DNA of 64,000 nt, taken from NCBI GenBank assembly GCA_031425235.1, contig JANPIZ010000006.1, forward strand, positions 30,803 to 94,802, read 5' to 3'. A program made the translations under genes and the position numbers. Shown piece after piece: positions 22,252 to 29,924 of this stretch (position 1 is the stretch's first letter; each line of letters opens with the position of its first letter). Source of the stretch: Candidatus Nomurabacteria bacterium (lineage in GTDB: Bacteria > Patescibacteriota > Minisyncoccia > Phycocordibacterales > UBA9973). Below the pieces are notes generated by a model. It worked only from the letters and a program-made list of their open reading frames with translations, was not told the origin of the DNA and searched no databases.

Positions 22252-23961
22252 TTATGATCTGTTTATTTCCTTATAAACTTCAATGATTGGTTCAGGAATA
22301 TCTTCGACCCTGATATTTGCAGTGGAATATTCTCCTTTGTATTCGTTTTTGCCCCAACTGAATATATATAAAGCTGTCGGTATATTTTTCTTTTCCAACT
22401 TGGCGATCAGCTCGGCGAGTTTAGTTTTGTCTTCCTTGAAATATATAGCCATCTGTTTGCCCTTACCTTCAAATATTTGCCACCAATCGTTCTTTTCTAC
22501 TTCATTGAGTACATCCTCACGCACAGCAATCATTTCGCCTGCTTGGTAGGTGATTTTGATTTTTGCTTCATCGGAGACTTTATGAATTTGCTCGATGTCT
22601 ACGAGGTCAGTTTTGTAGTAGGAAAGGTTACTTGGTATACCTGCAACTTTTTCGTTTTTCTTGTTTTTGTATCCTTTGATAACCGCTTTTATTCTTGGAT
22701 AACAAACTGACTCCGCTATTCCACCCTTTCCATCATTGTTGTTCTCGTTATTAGTGCAGACAATAAACTTACGGTTACCGCCATCAATTTTATTCATTTC
22801 CAAAACAGCATGTCCTGTCGTTCCAGAGCCAGCGAAAAAGTCCAGAACAGTTGCGTTAGGTCTATGACCGACCACGGCAAACAAACAGTCATAAACTGTG
22901 TAGAGAGATTTCGGAAAATCAAAATCACAATTTGGCAAAATCTCTCTCAAAAGTTTTGTTCCAAAAATATTGGCATTATATTTTCCATCCGTCCAAACAG
23001 TTTTGTAGTTGAACATTGTTTTTGTCCTAACAATATCGAGAATTTTTCTGTTTCTATTTTCTACTACTGCCAGCTCATCCTTGATACTCTCCACGGTTTG
23101 GCGAGCAAAAACCCACTTTCTTTCATTGCCACTTGGGTCAATAGGGTAAATCTCTGTTACCCCGTCTTTACGTATTACATTCGCTGATTTCGGATGGAAA
23201 GAGTCAGGACTCACATCACCAAAACCAATAATCTTTCCGTCTTTTACAAAAATTGGATAGAAACAGTTTTTTGCATCTTCTCGCAAATGATTTCCCGTTG
23301 AAACATCACGCAATGGTCTAATATCTGGATTGTCTGTCCTGTCCTGTAACCCAATTAGCGTTTTATTCTTTGGCACTAAAAATATGGCGTATTCGTGCGT
23401 GGAGTGGAAGTTATTTCCTTGCGTACCTCCAGGGTTATGAATGATTGTAATTGGGTACTGGTCGTAATTAGGAAAAATCTGCTCTATCAAAACACTTAAA
23501 TGAGCTTGCTCATTATCGTCAATTGCACAAATAAGCACACCGTCATCTTTTAGTAAGTTTTTCGCCAGATTTAGGCGGTGACGCATGAAAGAAAGCCACT
23601 TGCTGTGTCGATACTCATCATCCCCATCTACATAGTCATTATTATATTTCCAGTTTCTAGCGCCAGTATTGTATGGAGGATCTATGTAGATGACATCAAT
23701 ATTCTTTTTGTGAGTGTAGTTGAGAACTGAAAGCGCAAGGTAATTATCACCCTCAATCATCAAGTTGTTTGGATATATCTCACCCAAATCAAGTTGGTTT
23801 TTTGTGACTTCTTTCAGAACTGGTACTTGAGTTTTTGATTTCTCAACAACTTCTTCCGTCTTATCCTCAAAAACAAGCCCCAGATTATTTTTTTGGAGTT
23901 TTCTGATTTGGGACTGCAAGTCCGCAATTTGTGTTTTCATTTCCTGTTCTGACATAATCAT
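22252..23961 (-). CDS. mod: Type III R-M Mod subunit (N6-adenine/N4-cytosine beta-class DNA methyltransferase)
   Basis: Motif IV DPPY (IYIDPPYNTG) preceding motif I FxGxG (DFFAGSGTTGHAV): beta-class order typical of Type III Mod. Confidence 0.8.
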   Translation of the reverse strand: MIMSEQEMKTQIADLQSQIRKLQKNNLGLVFEDKTEEVVEKSKTQVPVLKEVTKNQLDLGEIYPNNLMIEGDNYLALSVLNYTHKKNIDVIYIDPPYNTGARNWKYNNDYVDGDDEYRHSKWLSFMRHRLNLAKNLLKDDGVLICAIDDNEQAHLSVLIEQIFPNYDQYPITIIHNPGGTQGNNFHSTHEYAIFLVPKNKTLIGLQDRTDNPDIRPLRDVSTGNHLREDAKNCFYPIFVKDGKIIGFGDVSPDSFHPKSANVIRKDGVTEIYPIDPSGNERKWVFARQTVESIKDELAVVENRNRKILDIVRTKTMFNYKTVWTDGKYNANIFGTKLLREILPNCDFDFPKSLYTVYDCLFAVVGHRPNATVLDFFAGSGTTGHAVLEMNKIDGGNRKFIVCTNNENNNDGKGGIAESVCYPRIKAVIKGYKNKKNEKVAGIPSNLSYYKTDLVDIEQIHKVSDEAKIKITYQAGEMIAVREDVLNEVEKNDWWQIFEGKGKQMAIYFKEDKTKLAELIAKLEKKNIPTALYIFSWGKNEYKGEYSTANIRVEDIPEPIIEVYKEINRS

Positions 23962-24146
23962 TTTTTCTTTTGCTTTTTGATGTTAGAACGTGAATCAATA
24001 AAGCGTTGAAGATCACTCTTTTCGACTCTCCAGTATCGAATTTTTGTCGCACGAAGTTGTTTACTGTGTATATATCGATACACAGAACGTTCACCAACGC
24101 CCAACTCTTTTACCACTTCCTGTAATGTCAGAAATGTCTTCTTCAT
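23958..24146 (-). CDS. excisionase-family HTH DNA-binding protein (possible controller/Xis)
   Basis: 62 aa; LTLQEVVKELGVGERSVYRYIHSKQLRATKI matches MerR/excisionase-type HTH_17; 4-nt overlap with mod start. Confidence 0.6.
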   Translation of the reverse strand: MKKTFLTLQEVVKELGVGERSVYRYIHSKQLRATKIRYWRVEKSDLQRFIDSRSNIKKQKKK

Positions 24147-24209
24147 GGATAATCACAGTTTAGCAATTTGGAGTCAGAATGGCAATTTGTGTCATGTTTG
24201 ATTTTTAGC

Positions 24210-24218
24210 TGTGGATAA
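24210..24218 (-). promoter_or_regulatory. perfect DnaA box (TGTGGATAA)
   Basis: Exact 9-mer consensus immediately upstream of iteron-like repeats. Confidence 0.45.
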
Positions 24219-24220
24219 CT

Positions 24221-24260
24221 CTTTGTATCTATTTGTATCTAGTTATATCTATTTATATCT
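24221..24260. repeat. four tandem 10-bp iteron-like direct repeats (consensus ATTTRTATCT)
   Basis: cTTTGTATCT ATTTGTATCT AGTTATATCT ATTTATATCT with exact 10-bp phasing. Confidence 0.7.
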
Positions 24261-24289
24261 CTTACCATAGACATATTTTTATAAAACAA

Positions 24290-24475
24290 ATATCATTAAG
24301 TTATCCCAGGGTGAGGCGATAACTTCATGAATCACCCCATGCTTTCGTAAGACAAAGCATCGCGTCGGGCGAAGGGAAACCCGCTAGGTAGGAACCATTG
24401 AGAAGCTACCATTTCACCTCACTTTTTTGTGAGATGCGATGGTAGCTTTTTTAGCTCTCAAAGCATCCAACAAAA
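24290..24475. promoter_or_regulatory. three consecutive hairpins in divergent intergenic region (putative origin/control region)
   Basis: AGTTATC-(12)-GATAACT; ATGCTTT-(8)-AAAGCAT; AAGCTACCAT-(~30, with inner CCTCAC/GTGAG stem)-ATGGTAGCTT followed by TTTTT. Confidence 0.4.
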
Positions 24476-24568
24476 AGTCTGGCGATAAATCCCTGGAATT
24501 TGCGAAGCCCGTTGCTGGCTTTGTAGGTCGCCTTCCAGGGATACCTACCAAGCCAATAGCGGGCTTTT

Positions 24569-24763
24569 ATGTTGAGCACAGAAGCACTACAAGAATTCAA
24601 AGAAATATGGAAGCAAGAATTTGGAGAAGAAATCTCTGATGAATTCGTTATGGACGAAGCAGTAAATTTGCTCACCATGTTCAATGCTATCTATCGCCCA
24701 ATCAAAGAAGAATGGCTATCAGAAATAAATTATGAAAGAACAACAGAAACCAAGACCTTATAA
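24569..24763 (+). CDS. small hypothetical protein
   Basis: 64-aa ORF, acidic; overlaps start of next gene by 32 nt. Confidence 0.3.
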   Translation: MLSTEALQEFKEIWKQEFGEEISDEFVMDEAVNLLTMFNAIYRPIKEEWLSEINYERTTETKTL

Positions 24764-25532
24764 CACATTGCCTCGCTTTCTTGCGGAGGATTATTTGGAT
24801 AAAAAACTCACTCGAAGTGAACTCATTTTACTTCTATGGCTACGCTCAATTGCAGATATATTTGGTGTAACTACAACCAGTGCATCAACGCTTCGAGATG
24901 ACATGTTCCCTGGTGTTGAAGTAAATACAGTTGAAAAACTTCTGCTGTCAGCAAAGAAGAAAGGTTACATTGATTATCCAAATCACCAGGGACGCAGAGG
25001 CTCCATCCGAATTCAATCAGACGAATGGCTTATAAGAGGCAAGGGTGTTTTAAGAATTACAAAACTCTCCAATCCTAGTGAAGTCATAAGCGTACCCCAA
25101 AACACAGGTGAATCTGAAGCAGAAGTAAATCATAAGTTAGGTGTTGTAAATCAGAAGTTTATTGAGCAAAAGAATCAATTAACTCAAAGGTTTTCTATAG
25201 TTCCAACCGACCATGCAATCACAAGTCACCATAACGAACACGAATATGAAAATAAGAAAGAGAATGATACATCTGGATCGACTTTTAAGGGAACGTTAGT
25301 AAATGACTTTAATCCAACGAACGGTGAGGGAATACGACTGAAAGAGGTAGCTTTGGAAATCGGTGAAGAAAACATAAATACTTTATTAAACGAATCACGA
25401 AAACCACGAGGGATGTGGGTTATTGAAAAAGCCTTCGAAATATACGAACGCGATAAGAAAGACGGTAAACGTATATCGAATCCGCCTGCTTATTTGATGG
25501 GCGTAATTAAAAAGATCAGAGCAAAGATATGA
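24732..25532 (+). CDS. putative winged-helix replication/regulatory protein (Rep-like)
   Basis: N-terminal helix-turn-helix-like segment (TRSELILLLWLRSIADIFG…), downstream of iteron/DnaA-box region; assignment tentative. Confidence 0.35.
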   Translation: MKEQQKPRPYNTLPRFLAEDYLDKKLTRSELILLLWLRSIADIFGVTTTSASTLRDDMFPGVEVNTVEKLLLSAKKKGYIDYPNHQGRRGSIRIQSDEWLIRGKGVLRITKLSNPSEVISVPQNTGESEAEVNHKLGVVNQKFIEQKNQLTQRFSIVPTDHAITSHHNEHEYENKKENDTSGSTFKGTLVNDFNPTNGEGIRLKEVALEIGEENINTLLNESRKPRGMWVIEKAFEIYERDKKDGKRISNPPAYLMGVIKKIRAKI

Positions 25533-25936
25533 AAATGTATATTCACAGTTATCAGCTTGTCAGGTTTTGTCAGGATGCTATAATTACTATGCGTCCTACA
25601 AGTCAGAGTATATGCACAGGGTATTTGCCTTTTTATGGCTCCAGATGTGAGCAAAGAGGGGCGACTATCCTCCGCATCTGGTTGCCTTGTGCAATTCAGA
25701 CTTGTGGGACGCAGGCTCTGGTCGTCCCTCTTTTCTATTATGGGGACGCCAATAAATGCATGGCAACCCCACAAGACAACAAAAAGAAAATAAGTCCGTG
25801 GATATATTTCCTCGGCATAGCTTTCCCAATAATTTTAATCCTAAAAGGGCTGGAAGATTTTTTCCCTTTCATTACTACCGAATGGTTCTTTGTAATTGCC
25901 TTCCTCATATTTTTTATAATCATCGGCAGAAAATAA
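25529..25936 (+). CDS. hypothetical protein with C-terminal hydrophobic helices (ORF may be partly spurious over a structured region)
   Basis: 135-aa ORF; Cys-rich N-terminus overlies GC-rich segment with long-range complementarity. Confidence 0.3.
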   Translation: MKMYIHSYQLVRFCQDAIITMRPTSQSICTGYLPFYGSRCEQRGATILRIWLPCAIQTCGTQALVVPLFYYGDANKCMATPQDNKKKISPWIYFLGIAFPIILILKGLEDFFPFITTEWFFVIAFLIFFIIIGRK

Positions 25937-25937
25937 T

Positions 25938-27641
25938 ATGACACCAAAAAACCAACCATTAAAATATATTGCTTACACTCGTAAGAGTACTGTTGGGGAA
26001 GACAGGCAGATGCTTTCTCACGAAGACCAGGAGGCAGATTTGAAACGAATGGAAGAGAATGAGCACTTGGATGTGGTGGAGAGACATACAGGAAAAGAAA
26101 AAGGTGAAAGCCAATCAGCTCATAAACGTGGACGACCTATCTTTTCTCATGCAATGAAACAGATTGAAGCTGGCAAAGCGAATGCCTTGCTGGTGTGGCA
26201 CCCTAACCGCCTTGCTCGTAATGCTTTTGATGGTGGCTGGATAATTACAGCTATGGACGAGGGTAAACTGCTTGAAGTAAAAACAGCCAACGGCACTTAT
26301 CGCAATACTTCTAATGACAAGTTTATGCTCCAGTTGGAGTTTGGTATGGCGAAGAAGTCGTCGGATGATAACGGCGATGCTGTGAAGCGTGGTATTAAAA
26401 CAAAACTCGCAATGGGATGGTATCCAGGCTTCGCAACGCTGGGTTACTTAAACACAAAAAACTTTGAAGAAAAGGGTCAGAACAAAATCCTTAATGACCC
26501 AGAAAGATTTGATACAGTGAAGCAGATGTGGCAAATGATGCTGACAGGAAATTATACTCCTCCACAGATACTGGAAATCGCAACAAAAGAATGGAACTTA
26601 AAGACACGAGAAACGAAAAGAAATCCTTCAAAATATCTCTGTCGCTCAACGATCTATAAGATTTTTCACAATCCTTTTTATTCAGGTTGGTATGAATATC
26701 CAAAAGGCAGTGGTGAGTGGCACAGAGGTAAACACGAGCCAATGGTAAGTGAAGAAGAATATCAACACGTGCAAGCTCTGCTGGGTAACAAGACAAGACC
26801 ACGACCACTTGCCCGCAGATTCGCATTCACTGGGATTATGCACTGTGGTAATTGTGGAGCTTCAATTACAGCAGAGGAAAAAATCAAAAGACAAAAGAAT
26901 GGAAACGTTCACCGCTATATTTATTATCGATGCACGAAACGCATTGATGAGAAGTGTCCTCAAAAAACTATCGAGCTTTCACTACTCGCTCAACAAGCAG
27001 ACCTCATCATTCAAGGTCTAACTATCTCTGACAGATTCAAAGACTGGGCAATAAAATATCTCCACGAAGTACGACAGAACGAAGCGCAGAGCAACGAGCA
27101 GGTTCTCGCAAAGAAACAGACTCGTTTACTAGAGATAACCAAACAATTAGACAATCTTCTACTTCGCCTCACGTCGCCTTCTAACGCTGACGGAGGATTG
27201 ATTAGCGACTCTGAATACAAGAGCGCCAAAGGAACTCTCTTGAAGGAAAAGAACGCCCTGGAAGCTGATCTACAGGCACAAGGTAAAGCTATAGAGCGCT
27301 GGCTAGAATTGAGCGAGCGAACATTCAACTTCGCACGTTACGCGAGCCTCTGGTTCCTTAAAGGCGACCTGGAGACGAAGAGAGCCATCTTTGCATGTCT
27401 AGGTTCGGACTTCATCCTCAAAGACCAAAAACTCAATATAACGCTTCATAAACCATTCAAATTCATCTTCGATAACCTCGAAGAAATAGAAAAAGAATTG
27501 GTTGAGGTTAGAACCTCTGAAAACCAAACAAACACAAGACAAAAGGTTTCTTTTGTCTCTAACAATCTACTAGGGCGGAGGCGGAGAGATTCGAACTCTC
27601 GATACCTTTCGGTATGCCACCTTTCCAAGGTGGTGGAATAA
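25938..27641 (+). CDS. large serine recombinase (integrase)
   Basis: N-terminal resolvase domain (YTRKST… catalytic Ser, …LLVWHPNRLARN), recombinase domain, Zn ribbon (CGNCG…YRCTKR…C), C-terminal coiled coil; ORF 3' end reads across the tRNA on the other strand. Confidence 0.8.
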   Translation: MTPKNQPLKYIAYTRKSTVGEDRQMLSHEDQEADLKRMEENEHLDVVERHTGKEKGESQSAHKRGRPIFSHAMKQIEAGKANALLVWHPNRLARNAFDGGWIITAMDEGKLLEVKTANGTYRNTSNDKFMLQLEFGMAKKSSDDNGDAVKRGIKTKLAMGWYPGFATLGYLNTKNFEEKGQNKILNDPERFDTVKQMWQMMLTGNYTPPQILEIATKEWNLKTRETKRNPSKYLCRSTIYKIFHNPFYSGWYEYPKGSGEWHRGKHEPMVSEEEYQHVQALLGNKTRPRPLARRFAFTGIMHCGNCGASITAEEKIKRQKNGNVHRYIYYRCTKRIDEKCPQKTIELSLLAQQADLIIQGLTISDRFKDWAIKYLHEVRQNEAQSNEQVLAKKQTRLLEITKQLDNLLLRLTSPSNADGGLISDSEYKSAKGTLLKEKNALEADLQAQGKAIERWLELSERTFNFARYASLWFLKGDLETKRAIFACLGSDFILKDQKLNITLHKPFKFIFDNLEEIEKELVEVRTSENQTNTRQKVSFVSNNLLGRRRRDSNSRYLSVCHLSKVVE

Positions 27642-27659
27642 ACCGCTATCCGACGCCTC
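27575..27659 (-). tRNA. tRNA-Ser (anticodon GGA), class II with long variable arm
   Basis: Acceptor GGAGGCG/CGCCUCC, anticodon stem CCACC/GGUGG with loop UUGGAAA, variable arm AUACC-GAAA-GGUAU, T-arm GAGAG-UUCGAAU-CUCUC, discriminator G. Confidence 0.8.
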
Positions 27660-27731
27660 CGTGCTCTTTTAATTTACAGTATTTTCAAAAAAAAGCTAGA
27701 AAAAGAAAGCAGGGAATGTTACAATTCAAGC

Positions 27732-28184
27732 ATGTCAATTCGCAGACTCGATATCACACTTATACATTTTTTTAGAAAGGTTTCTGTCCCTGTAGCTCGG
27801 TTTGGTTTATTCGTAATTTTCTTTTGGTTTGGAGCTTTGAAAGTCGTAGGCCTTTCTCCAGCGAGCAATCTAGTTCAAAATCTTTTTGAGCAGACTATTC
27901 CTTTCATGAATTTTTCTACTTTCATTATACTTTTTGGTTTGTTCGAATGTTTGATTGGAATACTTTTTCTTTTCCCCGGTTATGAACGCATTGTCATACC
28001 ACTTTTATTCATACATATGGTTACGACCTTTATGCCGCTGTTTCTTTTACGCGAAGTTACCTGGATTAAATTTATGGTTCCGACATTGGAAGGCCAGTAT
28101 ATAATTAAAAACCTCGTGGTAATAGCTGCAGCGATAGGTATAGCAGCTCACTTACACCCACTTTCTAAATCTAAATATAGTTAA
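27732..28184 (+). CDS. small integral membrane protein (4 TM)
   Basis: Hydrophobic helices; no diagnostic motif. Confidence 0.45.
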   Translation: MSIRRLDITLIHFFRKVSVPVARFGLFVIFFWFGALKVVGLSPASNLVQNLFEQTIPFMNFSTFIILFGLFECLIGILFLFPGYERIVIPLLFIHMVTTFMPLFLLREVTWIKFMVPTLEGQYIIKNLVVIAAAIGIAAHLHPLSKSKYS

Positions 28185-28185
28185 C

Positions 28186-28983
28186 GTGGATACTCTCTTT
28201 AAAAAAGTCACTATTTTAAATAAAAAAGAAGGGGAGACTCCACTCGAAGCTCTCGAGCGTTTTCGTCGATTACATAATAAGGGAAATAAAAAATCTAAAC
28301 CCACAAAGATGACTTATGCGGGTAGGCTCGATCCGATGGCGAGCGGCCTTCTTATTCTACTTGCGGGAGAAGAAACAAAAAATAAAGAAAAGTATTTGGC
28401 GCTCGACAAAGAATATGAATTTGAAGTTCTTTTTGGGTTTGCTACGGATACATATGATATTTTAGGTAAAGTAGTAAAGCAGGATTTCAGAATAGCCACG
28501 CTCATAAAGCAAGATTTAGAAAAATTAATACGAGACAAACTGAACGAATTTACTGGTACATTTATCCAAAAGTATCCAATATATTCTTCAAAGACAGTCA
28601 AAGGTAAGCAGCTTTTTGAATATGCACGAGCCGGGGAAGAAGTAGATGTGCCGGAGAGGGAAGTTTTTGTAAAGCAATTTCAATTCTTAAAACTAAGAAA
28701 AGTAAGCGCTGCTAAACTTTTGGTAAATATAGATACGAGGATTAAAAAAGTAAAAGGCGACTTTAGGCAAAAGGAAATTTTAAAAATTTGGTATAAAAAA
28801 CTAGCCACAAAAAAAACCAAAGAAGCATCAGATTTTTTTGTGGCGAGTTTTAAAATAAAATGTGGTAGTGGCACGTATGTGCGGGGGATAGCCAATAGCT
28901 TGGGTGAAAAAATGAATATTCCTGTTCTCGCTTTTTCTATAAAAAGGACAAAGGTCGGCAAATGGAGTACAATAACTATATGA
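28186..28983 (+). CDS. truB: tRNA pseudouridine(55) synthase TruB
   Basis: Catalytic motif AGRLDPMASGLL (GTLDP…G) and overall TruB pattern. Confidence 0.8.
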   Translation: MDTLFKKVTILNKKEGETPLEALERFRRLHNKGNKKSKPTKMTYAGRLDPMASGLLILLAGEETKNKEKYLALDKEYEFEVLFGFATDTYDILGKVVKQDFRIATLIKQDLEKLIRDKLNEFTGTFIQKYPIYSSKTVKGKQLFEYARAGEEVDVPEREVFVKQFQFLKLRKVSAAKLLVNIDTRIKKVKGDFRQKEILKIWYKKLATKKTKEASDFFVASFKIKCGSGTYVRGIANSLGEKMNIPVLAFSIKRTKVGKWSTITI

Positions 28984-29900
28984 TGGCTCAAGAAGTTTTA
29001 ACCATAATATTCGGAGTTTTAGTTGTCGGCTTTTTGATAGCCGACCTCGGTTTTTTGAATAGAACCAGTCACAAGATAGGTTTTCGTTCAGCCCTGTATC
29101 AATCCATCTTCTGGGTGGTTATTTCACTTACCTTTGGTGCAATGATTTATATATTTATGGGGCAAATTTTGGCTGTTGAATTTATCAGCGCCTATGTTAC
29201 CGAAAAGATGCTTTCAGTTGATAATCTTTTCGTGATAATGCTCATATTTAGTTATTTTAAACTTGAAGAAAAATACCACCACCGGGTTCTTTTTTGGGGG
29301 ATACTAGGAGCGATAGTATTTCGTGCCATTTTTATTGTATTAGGTGCATATATAATAGGTCAGTTCTATTTTGTCCTGTATATTTTTGGTGCAATTCTAC
29401 TCTATACGGGAATAAAGTTGCTTGCTGACAAGAAGGAGGAACACATTGATTTTAAAAATAGTAAGGTTGTTAAATTTGCTCACAAAATACTTCCTTTTAC
29501 CGATAGTCCTCATGGGGGGAAGTTCTTTTTTAGAGAAAAAGGGAAGTTTTTCTTTACTTCACTTTTTATGATCGTGCTTTTAGTAGAGGCAACCGATATC
29601 GTCTTTGCTGTCGATTCTATACCAGCGGTGTTTGCTATTTCCCAGAATCCATTCATTGTTTTTACTTCAAATATTTTTGCGATTTTGGGATTGAGAGCAC
29701 TTTTCTTCCTTTTGGAAAATATTTTACACCGATTCCATCATTTACAAAAAGGCCTAGCTGTAGTGCTCATTTTCATTGGACTTAAAATGCTTATTGGTAT
29801 ATTGGGGATACATATTTCCTCACTCATTTCTTTTTCAGTTATAATGTTAGCTCTGATATTTTCAATAGTTCTCTCCTATATTTTTCCGAAAAAGATTTAA
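28962..29900 (+). CDS. TerC-family integral membrane protein
   Basis: 312 aa, ~8 TM, duplicated TerC-like halves. Confidence 0.6.
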   Translation: MEYNNYMMAQEVLTIIFGVLVVGFLIADLGFLNRTSHKIGFRSALYQSIFWVVISLTFGAMIYIFMGQILAVEFISAYVTEKMLSVDNLFVIMLIFSYFKLEEKYHHRVLFWGILGAIVFRAIFIVLGAYIIGQFYFVLYIFGAILLYTGIKLLADKKEEHIDFKNSKVVKFAHKILPFTDSPHGGKFFFREKGKFFFTSLFMIVLLVEATDIVFAVDSIPAVFAISQNPFIVFTSNIFAILGLRALFFLLENILHRFHHLQKGLAVVLIFIGLKMLIGILGIHISSLISFSVIMLALIFSIVLSYIFPKKI

Positions 29901-29924
29901 ATTAGTTTATGTATAATATGTAAT

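Larger units (their letters stand above)
18755..27659. mobile_element. putative integrated plasmid-like/integrative element (SET gene, structured region, Type III R-M, DnaA box+iterons, rep-like gene, serine recombinase, abutting tRNA-Ser); boundaries uncertain
   Basis: Accessory gene content on the opposite strand to flanking housekeeping genes; recombinase gene directly adjoining a tRNA gene; excisionase-family HTH; iteron/DnaA-box region. Confidence 0.4.
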
